Shown here: piece by piece, positions 8,929-18,777 of the stretch
Numbering within the stretch: the stretch's first letter is position 1
Layout of the letters: each line of letters starts with the position of its first letter
Made by a program: the position numbers and the translations under genes
The notes under the pieces: generated by a model
Seen by the model: only the letters and a program-made list of their open reading frames with translations
The model's database searches: none
What the model was told of the DNA's origin: nothing
Assembly: GCA_902629465.1 (NCBI GenBank)
Contig: CACOQX010000003.1
Coordinates: forward strand, 1 to 61,009
Length of the DNA stretch: 61,009 nucleotides
Direction: 5' to 3'
From: an uncultured SAR86 cluster bacterium
GTDB taxonomy: Bacteria > Pseudomonadota > Gammaproteobacteria > Magnimaribacterales > AG-339-G14

Positions 8929-9882
8929 ATGAATTCTAAAAACAACTTAGTCATTTTCTCCGGAAATTCTAATCCTGGCTTAGCAAAAAAAATCGTTAAA
9001 AAACTCAATAAACCACTTGGAAAAGCAACTGTGGGGAGATTCAGCGATCAAGAGATGAATATCAAAATAGAAGAAAACGTTAGGGGAAAGGATGTTTTCA
9101 TAGTTCAGTCTACTTGTTTTCCGGCAAATGATAATCTAATGGAATTGATCATTATGATTGATGCTTTGAGACGAGCATCAGCATCAAGAATTACAGCTGT
9201 GATACCCTATTTTGGATATGCTCGACAAGATCGTAGAGTTAGATCCGAAAGAGTTCCGATAAGTGCAAAATTAGTTGCAGATATGTTGCAAAGTGCTGGT
9301 GCCAACAGAGTTCTTACTATCGAACTGCACTCAGATCAAATTCAAGGCTTCTTCAATATTCCAGTTGATAATGTTTATGGAACAAGCGTTATTTTTGATC
9401 ATATCGTTAAGACAAAATATAAAAATCAAATGGTGGTTTCTCCTGATGTTGGAGGAGTAGTAAGAGCAAGAGCTTTGGCTAAGTTTTTAGATGATGCCGA
9501 TTTAGCAATAATCGATAAAAGAAGAGAAAAGGAAAATCAATCTCAGGTCATGAACGTTATTGGAGATGTAAAAGACAAAACATGTATTCTTGTTGACGAT
9601 ATTATTGATACAGCTGGAACAATTTGTAATGCTGCTGAAGCTTTAAAGGAGTCAGGTGCTAAAAAGGTCGTTAGTTATGCTACTCATGCAGTGCTTTCTG
9701 GAGATGCTTTGAAAAATATTAGTAATTCAAGACTAGACGAATTAATAGTTACTGATACAATTCCGCTTTCAGAAATGGCTTCATCAACTAAAAAGATTAA
9801 AACCATTTCTATGGATAAAACTATAGCTGGGGCCATAAATAGGGTTAATAAAGAAGAATCCATTAGCGAAATGTTTTTATAA
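8929..9882 (+). CDS. prs: Ribose-phosphate pyrophosphokinase
   Basis: [28 protein letters not shown], and PRPP-binding loop [13 protein letters not shown] place the start at the ATG at 8929. The upstream ORF extension from 8893 is read through the tRNA and is rejected. Confidence 0.93.
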   Translation: MNSKNNLVIFSGNSNPGLAKKIVKKLNKPLGKATVGRFSDQEMNIKIEENVRGKDVFIVQSTCFPANDNLMELIIMIDALRRASASRITAVIPYFGYARQDRRVRSERVPISAKLVADMLQSAGANRVLTIELHSDQIQGFFNIPVDNVYGTSVIFDHIVKTKYKNQMVVSPDVGGVVRARALAKFLDDADLAIIDKRREKENQSQVMNVIGDVKDKTCILVDDIIDTAGTICNAAEALKESGAKKVVSYATHAVLSGDALKNISNSRLDELIVTDTIPLSEMASSTKKIKTISMDKTIAGAINRVNKEESISEMFL

Positions 9883-9884
9883 TA

Positions 9885-10583
9885 ATGAGTGAATCAACAT
9901 CTATATCTGCCGAAATAAGAGAAAATAATATTTCAGCAAAAATCTTGAGAAAATCAGGAGAGATTCCTGCAATAGTTTATGGCCAGGAGAATGATCCTAA
10001 ACCGGTTAAAATTTTGGAAAAAGATTTAGTAAAAATTCTTGAAAATCCTAGTATTTTTTCTCAAGTGATCGAGTTGAATCAAAATGATGGTGCCGTAAAA
10101 GTTATTTTGAAAGAGGTTCAGGTAAACCCTTCTAATGACAGACCGATCCACGTCGATTTTCAAGCCGTCAGTGAGAAAACTAACATCACAATTAATGTGC
10201 CTCTAAAATTCATCAATGAAGAGGTTTGTATCGGGGTGAAACAACAAGGTGGGATGATTTCACATCTCAAAAATGAAATTGAATTGACTTGTAATGCTCA
10301 AAATCTTCCAGAATTTATTGAGATTGATATGAAAGATCTTGAAATAGGTTCAAACGTTATGCAGTCTCAAATTATCCTTCCTGAAGGAGTTTCTCTAAGT
10401 ACTAATATTCTTAACAATCAAGACCAACCAGTTGCAAGTGTGAACGTTACTAGAGCTGCTCTTGATATTGACGATGAGCCTTCTGAAGGCGAACAAGATG
10501 AATCTGAAGAATCAACTGACGAGGCGTCTGAAACTAAAGATGCTGCAGATGAAAGTAGCTCTGAGGAAGAATCTAAAGACTAA
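9885..10583 (+). CDS. rplY: 50S ribosomal protein L25, long Ctc form with an acidic tail
   Basis: The Ctc/L25 N-terminal domain (R...GKILRKSGEIPAIVYG) and its position between prs and pth. The C-terminus is a roughly 40 aa D/E/S-rich tail. Confidence 0.85.
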   Translation: MSESTSISAEIRENNISAKILRKSGEIPAIVYGQENDPKPVKILEKDLVKILENPSIFSQVIELNQNDGAVKVILKEVQVNPSNDRPIHVDFQAVSEKTNITINVPLKFINEEVCIGVKQQGGMISHLKNEIELTCNAQNLPEFIEIDMKDLEIGSNVMQSQIILPEGVSLSTNILNNQDQPVASVNVTRAALDIDDEPSEGEQDESEESTDEASETKDAADESSSEEESKD

Positions 10584-10598
10584 CTTTCCTAAGTTTTC

Positions 10599-11168
10599 AT
10601 GAGTTCTTTTCTGGTCGTTGGCCTAGGTAACCCAGGTTCAAGATATTCAAATACTAGACATAATGTTGGAACAGACTTTATCCTTGAAGCTCAAAAAAAA
10701 TATTCTTTTGATTTAAAAGAAAAGAAAACTTTAAAATCCTTTTTGGCAGAAGTAGTGATCCAAGATAAAAAAGTTATTTTTGCAATTCCCACCATTTTTA
10801 TGAATCATAGCGGAGCAGCTTTAAAGTTATTAAAAAATAAATTTAATACGAATATAGAAAATATTATTGTCATTCATGATGATCTTGACTTGAAATCTGG
10901 AGTAATAAAATTAAAAACAGGCGGAGGACATGGGGGACACAATGGTTTGAAAAGTATTTTTGAAAATCTGGGATCACAAGAATTTAAAAGAATCAGAATT
11001 GGAATTGATCACCCGGGTGATAAGAAAAAAGTAAATAAGTACGTGATTCAGAAAGGAAAAAAAGAGGAAAAGATAGATCGCCTTCAATGCATAGATAAAG
11101 GGCTTTCTGTCATAGAATTTTTATTTCAAGAGGATTGGGATACAGCCTTAAATAAACTAAATAACTAA
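10599..11168 (+). CDS. pth: Peptidyl-tRNA hydrolase
   Basis: LVVGLGNPGSRYSNTRHNVG and GGGHGGHNGLKSI are typical Pth motifs. Confidence 0.93.
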   Translation: MSSFLVVGLGNPGSRYSNTRHNVGTDFILEAQKKYSFDLKEKKTLKSFLAEVVIQDKKVIFAIPTIFMNHSGAALKLLKNKFNTNIENIIVIHDDLDLKSGVIKLKTGGGHGGHNGLKSIFENLGSQEFKRIRIGIDHPGDKKKVNKYVIQKGKKEEKIDRLQCIDKGLSVIEFLFQEDWDTALNKLNN

Positions 11169-12256
11169 TGTCTTTAAAATGCGGAATAGTTGGATTGCCT
11201 AATGTCGGCAAATCAACACTATTTAATGCCCTCACTGCCTCGAAAATTGCCGCAGAAAACTTTCCTTTTTGTACGATTGAACCTAATCATGGAATAGTTG
11301 AATTACCTGACGAAAGACTGGATAAAATTTCAAAAATATCTAAATCTGAAAAAGTAATTCCTGCCACTGTTGAATTTGTTGATATTGCCGGTTTAGTTGA
11401 AGGTGCTTCCAAAGGAGAAGGTTTAGGAAATAAGTTTTTAGGTCACATAAGAGAAACTCAAACAATTATTCATGTTGTCAGGTGCTTTGAAGATAATGAG
11501 GTTACTCATGTGAATGAAAAAGTAGATCCAATTTCAGATGTTGAAATAATAGAAATGGAATTAATCTTGGCAGATATAGAATCTTTAGAAAAAACAAAAG
11601 AAAGAATTGTAAGAAAAGCAAAAAGTGGAGATAAAGATTTGTTAAAAGATCTTTCTAGAATAGAAGATATTTTAACCATTCTTAAAAAAGGAGATTCTCT
11701 TTTTGAATATTTACAGGACGACGAAAATAAAACTTTTGTAAGTGAAGTTGGCCTTCTATCTGCAAAACCAGTCATCTTTGTTGCAAACTTGAATGAGGAT
11801 ATGGAAGAAACCGATGGTCTAAAAAAATTAAGAGAAAAAGCCCATTCAAAAGGCTCGCAATTAATTGCAATGTGTAACCAAATAGAATTTGAAATAAGTG
11901 AGCTTGAAAATGAAAGCAGGCAGGAACTTATAGATCTTGTAGGTTTAGAAGAGCCAGGTCTAAATAAATTAATAAAAACTGCTTTTAGAACTTTAGGATT
12001 ACAAACTTTCTTTACATCGGGTCAATCAGAATCTAGAGCTTGGGTAATAAAAAATGGAACCAAAGCACCGGATGCTGCGGGAGTAATTCATACTGATTTC
12101 AAAAAAGGATTCATTAGAGCTGAAACTGTATCTTTTAAAGATTTTATTGAATTTGACGGAGAGCAAGGTGCAAAAGCACACGGAAAATGGCGATCTGAAG
12201 GATCAGATTACGAAGTAAAAGACGGCGATATAATTTTATTTAGATTTAATGTTTAG
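11168..12256 (+). CDS. ychF: Ribosome-binding ATPase YchF
   Basis: P-loop GIVGLPNVGKSTLFNALT and the C-terminal TGS-like domain ...GFIRAE..SF.DF. It overlaps the pth stop by 1 nt. Confidence 0.93.
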   Translation: MSLKCGIVGLPNVGKSTLFNALTASKIAAENFPFCTIEPNHGIVELPDERLDKISKISKSEKVIPATVEFVDIAGLVEGASKGEGLGNKFLGHIRETQTIIHVVRCFEDNEVTHVNEKVDPISDVEIIEMELILADIESLEKTKERIVRKAKSGDKDLLKDLSRIEDILTILKKGDSLFEYLQDDENKTFVSEVGLLSAKPVIFVANLNEDMEETDGLKKLREKAHSKGSQLIAMCNQIEFEISELENESRQELIDLVGLEEPGLNKLIKTAFRTLGLQTFFTSGQSESRAWVIKNGTKAPDAAGVIHTDFKKGFIRAETVSFKDFIEFDGEQGAKAHGKWRSEGSDYEVKDGDIILFRFNV

Positions 12257-12260
12257 AATC

Positions 12261-12289
12261 TTGACAATTAGTCTAACTACAAAGAGAAT
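12261..12289 (+). promoter_or_regulatory. Candidate sigma70 promoter for tRNA-Met
   Basis: TTGACA (12261-12266), a 17-nt spacer, then GAGAAT (12284-12289). The -10 element ends 9 nt before the mature tRNA 5' end at 12299. Confidence 0.5.
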
Positions 12290-12298
12290 CGATTTTTT

Positions 12299-12375
12299 GG
12301 CTATGTAGCTCAGCTGGTTAGAGCGCAGCATTCATAATGCTGAGGTCGGTAGTTCAAGTCTACCCATAGCCACCA
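12299..12375 (+). tRNA. tRNA-Met, elongator type (anticodon CAU)
   Basis: 77 nt: GGCTATG TA GCTC AGCTGGTTA GAGC G CAGCA TTCATAA TGCTG AGGTC GGTAG TTCAAGT CTACC CATAGCC A CCA. G1-C72 and the U4-A69/A5-U68 acceptor stem resemble E. coli elongator tRNA-Met. tRNA-Ile2 (lysidine) is not fully excluded. Confidence 0.8.
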
Positions 12376-12388
12376 ATAAATTAAAAAA

Positions 12389-12802
12389 TTAAGGATTTAC
12401 TTGGTCCGGGGCGCAGTTATCAATAAGTAAAGTTTGCATTTCTTCTAAAACTGCAAGAGTTTCTTTATATTCAACTACTTTGGGATCTACAGCTGTAGAT
12501 CTAAAGCCAAAAAAGTTTTGACCTGTTCTTGGATTATTTGTTTCGAACCCAAAAGAGGCATAACCAGTATCTCTGTCAGCCTGCTCTGTTAATTTTGAAG
12601 CTAAATCGGAAATAATTGCTGAAACTCTTATTACTTGCTCTGTCAACTCAATACAATTTAGCTCTGTTGGGTCAAAATCGAAATGCGTGTAGTCAGATGT
12701 TGGACTTCTATACCACCATACGGGGTTGGCACAGCCAATTAAAAATAAAGCTATAAAGCTATAAAATAGGTACTTTTGGTCAGCTTCTTTTAGAAAGGTC
12801 AT
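12389..12802 (-). CDS. Hypothetical lipoprotein
   Basis: Start taken at the ATG at 12802 (MTFLKEADQKYLFYSFIALFLIG-C). It has a lipobox LIGC and two further Cys residues. I recognise no family. It sits downstream of pnp, where E. coli has nlpI. Confidence 0.55.
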   Translation of the reverse strand: MTFLKEADQKYLFYSFIALFLIGCANPVWWYRSPTSDYTHFDFDPTELNCIELTEQVIRVSAIISDLASKLTEQADRDTGYASFGFETNNPRTGQNFFGFRSTAVDPKVVEYKETLAVLEEMQTLLIDNCAPDQVNP

Positions 12803-12858
12803 TCTATCTCCCAAGAGAATTAATTTATCAAATTTCTAATTTAATTAAAACAGAATTT

Positions 12859-14946
12859 TTATTCAGATGATACTTCTTTCATTGAGAGTTTTACTTTTCC
12901 TCTGTCATCTATTCCGATAACTTTGATTTCAACTTCTTCTCCTTCAACGAGGTAATCAGCAATGTTTTTTACCCTCTCTTCAGAAATTTCTGAAATGTGT
13001 ACTAAACCTTCTCTTCCGTTATCGAAAGAAACAAAAGCACCAAAATCTACTATTTTTTCTACGGTCCCTAAAGTCACCAAACCTACTTCAGGATCAGATG
13101 TAATAAACTCGATTTTTTGTAAAGCATCTTCTCGTTCTTCCTTACTGCGACCATAAATTTTTACAGAGCCATTATCGGAAATATCTATGTTTGTATTGGT
13201 TTCCTCGGTAAGTTTCTTTATGTTTGCTCCGCCTTTACCAATGACTTCACCAATTTTGTTTTTAGGAATTTTGAGCTCGATTGCTTGAGGAGCTAAAGGA
13301 GACAATTCAGACCTGCTTTCAGATAAAACTTTATTCATTTCTCCTAAAATGTGATTTCTTGCTGTATGAGCTTTATTCAGTGCATCTTCAAGAATTTGCT
13401 CGTTTATCCCAGCAATTTTTATATCCATTTGCAAAGCAGTTACTCCGTCATCTGTTCCTGCTACTTTGAAATCCATATCTCCAAGATGATCTTCATCTCC
13501 TAAGATATCGGTTATAACGCAGTGTTGATCATCAGTTTTTACCAACCCCATAGCAACTCCTGCTACGGGTTTTTTTAACGGAATTCCGGCATCCATCATT
13601 GCTAAACTTGAAGCACAAACTGTAGCCATTGAACTTGAACCATTAGATTCAGTAATTTCTGATACAACTCTAATTGCGTATTCAAAATCTACTGGATTAG
13701 GGAGAACTGCTTCTAAAGCTCTTCTTGCAAGTTTCCCGTGACCAATTTCTCTTCGTTTTGGGCTTCCTACCATTCCTGCTTCTCCAACAGAGAAAGGAGG
13801 AAAATTATAATGCAGCATAAAAGGATCCTTTAAGTCTCCATGCAATGAATCAATTAATTGAGAGAGTTTCAATGAATCCATAGTTGCTACAGAAATAGAT
13901 TGAGTCTCACCCCTAGTAAATAATGCAGAACCATGAGCTTGTGGTAAAACTCCCACCTCGATAGCTATTGGTCTGACTGTATCTAAATCTCTTCCATCAA
14001 TTCTTGATTCCCCTGATAATAATCTTGATCTGACAATCTCAGATTCTAAAGATTTAAACTGACTAAGAGCTTCATCGATTTTTTCATCTTCAGGATCTTC
14101 AAAAGATGTCTTAACTTTTTCTCTTAATTCGGCAATTTTTTCTTGTCTGCTTGCCTTTTCTGCTATTTGATAAGCTGTGGATAGTTCTTCAAAAATTAGA
14201 CTTTTAACCTTTTCTTTTGTTTCAGTGTCCTCTTCCTTAGCTTCATACTCAATAGGAGAAATTGAAGCTTGCGAAACTAATTCTCCTATCAGCTCTAAAC
14301 TAGGTTGCATTTCAGCTTGAGCAAAAAGAATAGCACCAAGCATTTGATCTTCTGAAAGCTCTTTTGCTTCCGATTCCACCATGAATATCGCGTCATGCGA
14401 ACCCGCCACCATCATGTTTAGAGAAGAATTTTCTAGATCTTCTAAGGATGGGTTTAGAACATAATTCCCATCTATGAAACCAACTTTTGCCGCAGATAGA
14501 GGACCTTGAAAAGGAAGTCCCGAGAGTTGAAGTGCAGCTGATGCGCCTATAATAGAGATGACATCTGCATCATCATTTTTGTCCATAGATAAGACTGTAC
14601 AGATGATCTGAACTTCCCTGCCGAAGCCTTTTGGAAATAGAGGCCTTATAGGCCTATCAATTAGCCGTGAAGTGAGAACTTCTTTTTCAGAAGGCCTCCC
14701 CTCTCTTCTAAAAAAACTTCCTGGAATTTTTCCTGATGCATAAAATTTTTCAATGTAGTTCACAGTAAGAGGGAAAAATCCTTGATCGGATTTATCCTGT
14801 CCAGCAACTACGGTTACCAAAACTTTGGTATCTCCAGAAGAAGCAATTACTGATCCGGTTGCTTGCCTAGCAACCTTGCCTGTTTCTAAAGTAACATTTC
14901 TTCCTGCAATTTCTCTTGTGCAAGAGATAACTTTCATATCATTCAT
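12859..14946 (-). CDS. pnp: Polyribonucleotide nucleotidyltransferase (PNPase)
   Basis: 695 aa with two RNase PH domains (GDMDFKVAGT) and C-terminal KH and S1 domains (GAFVSF..G.EGLVHISE). It follows rpsO. Confidence 0.96.
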   Translation of the reverse strand: MNDMKVISCTREIAGRNVTLETGKVARQATGSVIASSGDTKVLVTVVAGQDKSDQGFFPLTVNYIEKFYASGKIPGSFFRREGRPSEKEVLTSRLIDRPIRPLFPKGFGREVQIICTVLSMDKNDDADVISIIGASAALQLSGLPFQGPLSAAKVGFIDGNYVLNPSLEDLENSSLNMMVAGSHDAIFMVESEAKELSEDQMLGAILFAQAEMQPSLELIGELVSQASISPIEYEAKEEDTETKEKVKSLIFEELSTAYQIAEKASRQEKIAELREKVKTSFEDPEDEKIDEALSQFKSLESEIVRSRLLSGESRIDGRDLDTVRPIAIEVGVLPQAHGSALFTRGETQSISVATMDSLKLSQLIDSLHGDLKDPFMLHYNFPPFSVGEAGMVGSPKRREIGHGKLARRALEAVLPNPVDFEYAIRVVSEITESNGSSSMATVCASSLAMMDAGIPLKKPVAGVAMGLVKTDDQHCVITDILGDEDHLGDMDFKVAGTDDGVTALQMDIKIAGINEQILEDALNKAHTARNHILGEMNKVLSESRSELSPLAPQAIELKIPKNKIGEVIGKGGANIKKLTEETNTNIDISDNGSVKIYGRSKEEREDALQKIEFITSDPEVGLVTLGTVEKIVDFGAFVSFDNGREGLVHISEISEERVKNIADYLVEGEEVEIKVIGIDDRGKVKLSMKEVSSE

Positions 14947-14979
14947 TTATTTATTTTCCTTAAATTATGTAACTCTAAG

Positions 14980-15249
14980 TTACTTTCTGAGGTTTAATTC
15001 TGAGAGAATAGAACTATATCTTTTGGGATCTTTTTTCTTCAAATAATCCAAAAGCTTACGCCTTGTATTAACCATTCTTATAAGTCCTTGCCTAGAGTGA
15101 TGATCTTTGGCATGGTCTTTGAAATGAGCTTGTAAAGACTCGATATTTGCTGTTAACAAGGCTATTTGAACTTCTGGCGAACCTGTGTCTCCCTTAGATT
15201 GAGCAAACTTTGAAATAATTTCTTCCTTTGTTTTTGTTTCTAAACTCAA
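14980..15249 (-). CDS. rpsO: 30S ribosomal protein S15
   Basis: [12 protein letters not shown]...[38 protein letters not shown]. It uses a TTG start preceded by AAGGAGG, 6 nt upstream. Confidence 0.95.
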   Translation of the reverse strand: MSLETKTKEEIISKFAQSKGDTGSPEVQIALLTANIESLQAHFKDHAKDHHSRQGLIRMVNTRRKLLDYLKKKDPKRYSSILSELNLRK

Positions 15250-15268
15250 GAACTGCCTCCTTAGTTAT

Positions 15269-16141
15269 TCAATTTTCTATAGATATTAACCTTTTGGGTG
15301 AAACTAAACCGTTAATGTTTTTTAAAATTCCAATGAATTTATTTTTTTCGTCAAACAATCTCAGGTATTTGCTTTTTATTTCGGCCTCTTTCAAATATAT
15401 TTTTTGGCCTTTTTTTATCCTATCTATTATATCCGTGGCGCATTGTATCTTATCTAAGCTTCTAAGTGCATCCCCCATTTGAATTATTTTTCTTTTTATA
15501 TTTTCCTTGTTTATCGATTCAATTTCATGGGCTTCGCTTATATCATGTTCAGCAGAGATAGTTCTTTGTAAATTAGATAAAACCGCAACACAATCCAAAT
15601 CTTTTGCTAAATCTTTAACAAGAGATCTTATATAGGTTCCTTTTCCACATTCCACTAAAAACTTGAATTTGTTCTGATCAACAGAAATTAAGTCTAATTT
15701 ATAAATTTCTATCTCCCTTATTTTCTTTGGAACTTCTTTATTCTTCCTGGCATAGTGATACAAAGGCTTTCCTTTATATTTTAAAGAAGAATATTTAGGA
15801 GCTTCTTGATTTAGACAGCCGATAAATTTTTTTTTAATTTTATTGAAGTCATTTTTTGATGGTATTTTTTTATGTTCCCTTTCAATTTTTCCATCTAAAT
15901 CTCCAGTATCTGTCTGAATACCAAACATCATTTCTGCAATGTAAGTCTTCCTTTCGTTTGCTAAAAAATTTGTGAATCTAGTCATCTGACCCAGACATGC
16001 AAGAATTACGCCACTTGCTAAGGGATCTAGAGTACCAGAATGTCCGATTTTAGAATCATCAAGAAAAGGTTTTAACTTTCTAATAAATTCTCCTGAAGAA
16101 ATTCCAGAAGGCTTGTTTAGAACTAACAATCCAGATATCAA
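15269..16141 (-). CDS. truB: tRNA pseudouridine-55 synthase
   Basis: GLLVLNKPSGISS and the catalytic motif GHSGTLDPLASGV. It follows rbfA. Confidence 0.92.
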   Translation of the reverse strand: MISGLLVLNKPSGISSGEFIRKLKPFLDDSKIGHSGTLDPLASGVILACLGQMTRFTNFLANERKTYIAEMMFGIQTDTGDLDGKIEREHKKIPSKNDFNKIKKKFIGCLNQEAPKYSSLKYKGKPLYHYARKNKEVPKKIREIEIYKLDLISVDQNKFKFLVECGKGTYIRSLVKDLAKDLDCVAVLSNLQRTISAEHDISEAHEIESINKENIKRKIIQMGDALRSLDKIQCATDIIDRIKKGQKIYLKEAEIKSKYLRLFDEKNKFIGILKNINGLVSPKRLISIEN

Positions 16142-16464
16142 ACTTGGTTATCCTGTTGATCAATAAAAAACAAAAGTTCAGGTATTTTTTTTAATTTAAT
16201 ATTTTGTCCCAACTTTTTTTTGACAAATGATTTTGAATTTTCCAAGGCCTTAGTAAGGTTATCCTGATCTTCATATAATTCTTGATTTAAATAGTTTGAA
16301 AGAAATATTTTTGCATATGATAAGTCATCACTTAACTGAACTTCAGTCACAGTGAGACCCTTTAATCTCGGATCACTAATCTCAAAACTAAATATATTAG
16401 CTATTTCTCGTCTGATATTGTCTGAAACTCTTTGAGCTCTTTTATATGGTTTTGAACTAAACAA
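16138..16464 (-). CDS. rbfA: Ribosome-binding factor A
   Basis: RAQRVSDNIRREIANI...DPRL..LTVTEV.LS.DL..AKIF. It sits between infB and truB. Confidence 0.9.
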   Translation of the reverse strand: MFSSKPYKRAQRVSDNIRREIANIFSFEISDPRLKGLTVTEVQLSDDLSYAKIFLSNYLNQELYEDQDNLTKALENSKSFVKKKLGQNIKLKKIPELLFFIDQQDNQV

Positions 16465-18774
16465 TTAAATTTTTCTAGCAGTTTCTGTTCTTTCGAAAAC
16501 TTCTATTTTATCTCCAACTTTTACATCGTTATAATTTTCGATACCAATTCCACATTCAGTTCCGCTTTTTACTTCAATCGCCTCATCTTTAAATCTTCTT
16601 AAGGAGTCGAGCTTACCCTCATGAATAACAATATTGTCTCTGAGAACTCGAATTGGAAGATTTTTTATCACTGCTCCTTCTATGACAATTGAACCAGCTA
16701 TCAAACCAAATTTTGGCGATTTAAAGGTATCCTTCACTTCTGCAATTCCAACAGTAACCTCTTTAATTTCAGGCTCAAGAGAACCTTCAATTATTTCTTT
16801 TACGGCATCAAGCAAGTCATAAATTATTCCAAAATATTGAATTTTTATCTCTTCGGTTTCTGCAAGAGTTTCTGCAGCTGCATCAGACCTTACATTAAAT
16901 CCTAGAATAACGGCTTCCGAAGCGACAGCTAAATTTACATCGTTTACTGAGACTGGGCCAACGCCATCCAAGACTATTTTAATCTTTGCGTCTTCTACTT
17001 TTAAATTATTTATAGCACCTGCAATAGCTTCTGCAGAACCGTTTGTATCTGTTTTAATTATTAAATTAACCGAAGGTTTTGCGGAATCTCCGGCGCCTGC
17101 AAAAATGCCATCTAAACTAACCACTCCCTTTTTAGCCAATCTATTGTCTCTACTTTTACTAGCTCTTTCTTCAGATAAACTCTTAGCGGCTTTTTCGTCT
17201 TTAACAACCATGAACTCTTGTCCAGCATTTGGAGGGTATTCAAGTCCAGAGATTGCAACAGGAGACGATGGCGGAGAAGTTTTAATTTGAGATCCTAAAA
17301 AGTTTTTGAGGCTCCTTATTTTTCTAAATTGATCTCCAATTAAGACAAAATCTCCACTATTCAAAGTACCTCTTTGAACCAGAAGAGTCGCAACAGCTCC
17401 CTCACCTTTTTTTACTCCAGATTCTAAAACCACTCCGGATGCTGGACCATCATGATTAGTTTTTAATTCCAGCATTTCAGAAAGTAAAGTAATATTTTCT
17501 ATGAGGTCATCTATTCCCTCACCAGTTTTTGCTGATACAGGAACTACCTGAGTGTTGCCGCCCCAATCTTCGGGCACAAGACCCATTTTTGATAAATCTC
17601 CTTTTACTTTCTCTATGTCTGAATCGGGCTTATCAATTTTATTTACTGCAACTATCACCTGAACATTTGCAGCTTTTGCATGATTAAAAGCCTCTTCTGT
17701 TTGAGGTTGAACGCTGTCATCGGCAGCAACAACTAAGACTACGATATCTGTGGAGTTGGCGCCTCTTGCTCGCATTTCTGAAAAGGCTGCATGTCCAGGC
17801 GTATCGATAAATGTAATGGTTTGATTATTTCGATCTACCTGATAAGCACCAATTCCTTGAGTAATTCCTCCTTCTTCCTGATCAGCTACAGATGATTTTC
17901 TAATAAAATCAAGTATTGAAGTTTTTCCATGATCAACGTGTCCTAAAACTGAAACTACAGGATTCCTCAGCTCTTCATCTCCTTCATAAACGATGTGTTC
18001 AAGAATTTTTTCCTCTTCAGATTCTACGTCTTGAGGAACGCCAATGTGTCCTAACTCTTCAACAACTAAAATAGCTGTCTCCTGATCAATAGCTTGATTT
18101 AAAGTGACCATAACACCGCTATTCATTAACGATTTAATCAAATCCGATGATTTAATAGATAGTTCTTTAGCAAGATCCGATACGACAATGGTTTCAGGAA
18201 TTTTTACTTCTTTTTGGATGAATTCTTGAGGTTTTTCAAATTTTTGAACATTTTCAAAGTTTTTTTCTAGAAATTTTTCACCCTCTTGCTCTCTTTGATC
18301 CTCTTTGGAGCTATCTTTAAATGTTTTTTTATCTTTTTTTAAATTTTGAGGAATTTTCTTTTGGGGTTCCTGCTTTGTTTTTCTGACAACTTTTGTTTTT
18401 GCTTTGGCTTTCTTTTTTTCTTCTTCAGCTGACTCATTTTGAGCATTCAATCTTTTTCTTTCTGCTTCGTCGAAGTCAATAGATCCGGTAAAGTCCTGTT
18501 TTACATTTGATTTTTTTTCTTTATCTGGTGAATTAATTCTTGTGACAGATAAATTTGGTTTTGCTTTTTTTTGGGTAGAGCTACTTAAGGAAATTGTTTT
18601 TTTACTATCTTTCTTACTATCTTTGATGAATTTTAAGAGTACTTTTTTATCCTCAGTACTAACAATGTCTTTTTCTGATTTATGAGAAAGACCCGCCGCC
18701 TTCATCTGGGCCAACAAATTATCTAAATCAATTTTTATTGCTTTAGAAAGTTGTTTAACATTTATATCTGCCAT
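16465..18774 (-). CDS. infB: Translation initiation factor IF-2
   Basis: 769 aa with a Lys/Glu-rich N-terminal region, a G domain (VLGHVDHGKTSILD, DTPGH, NKID), and a C-terminal IF2 fold. Confidence 0.96.
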   Translation of the reverse strand: MADINVKQLSKAIKIDLDNLLAQMKAAGLSHKSEKDIVSTEDKKVLLKFIKDSKKDSKKTISLSSSTQKKAKPNLSVTRINSPDKEKKSNVKQDFTGSIDFDEAERKRLNAQNESAEEEKKKAKAKTKVVRKTKQEPQKKIPQNLKKDKKTFKDSSKEDQREQEGEKFLEKNFENVQKFEKPQEFIQKEVKIPETIVVSDLAKELSIKSSDLIKSLMNSGVMVTLNQAIDQETAILVVEELGHIGVPQDVESEEEKILEHIVYEGDEELRNPVVSVLGHVDHGKTSILDFIRKSSVADQEEGGITQGIGAYQVDRNNQTITFIDTPGHAAFSEMRARGANSTDIVVLVVAADDSVQPQTEEAFNHAKAANVQVIVAVNKIDKPDSDIEKVKGDLSKMGLVPEDWGGNTQVVPVSAKTGEGIDDLIENITLLSEMLELKTNHDGPASGVVLESGVKKGEGAVATLLVQRGTLNSGDFVLIGDQFRKIRSLKNFLGSQIKTSPPSSPVAISGLEYPPNAGQEFMVVKDEKAAKSLSEERASKSRDNRLAKKGVVSLDGIFAGAGDSAKPSVNLIIKTDTNGSAEAIAGAINNLKVEDAKIKIVLDGVGPVSVNDVNLAVASEAVILGFNVRSDAAAETLAETEEIKIQYFGIIYDLLDAVKEIIEGSLEPEIKEVTVGIAEVKDTFKSPKFGLIAGSIVIEGAVIKNLPIRVLRDNIVIHEGKLDSLRRFKDEAIEVKSGTECGIGIENYNDVKVGDKIEVFERTETARKI

Positions 18775-18777
18775 AAT

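Noticed and set aside
12299-12375. The CAU-anticodon tRNA could be tRNA-Ile2 (the lysidine substrate of the TilS encoded in this window).
   Set aside because: The acceptor stem GGCTATG/CATAGCC has U4-A69 and A5-U68, like E. coli elongator tRNA-Met. As I recall, TilS recognises the C4-G69/C5-G68 pairs of tRNA-Ile2. I therefore call it tRNA-Met. The T-arm is Ile-like, and the TilS here is a short form, so a dedicated tRNA classifier should confirm the call.
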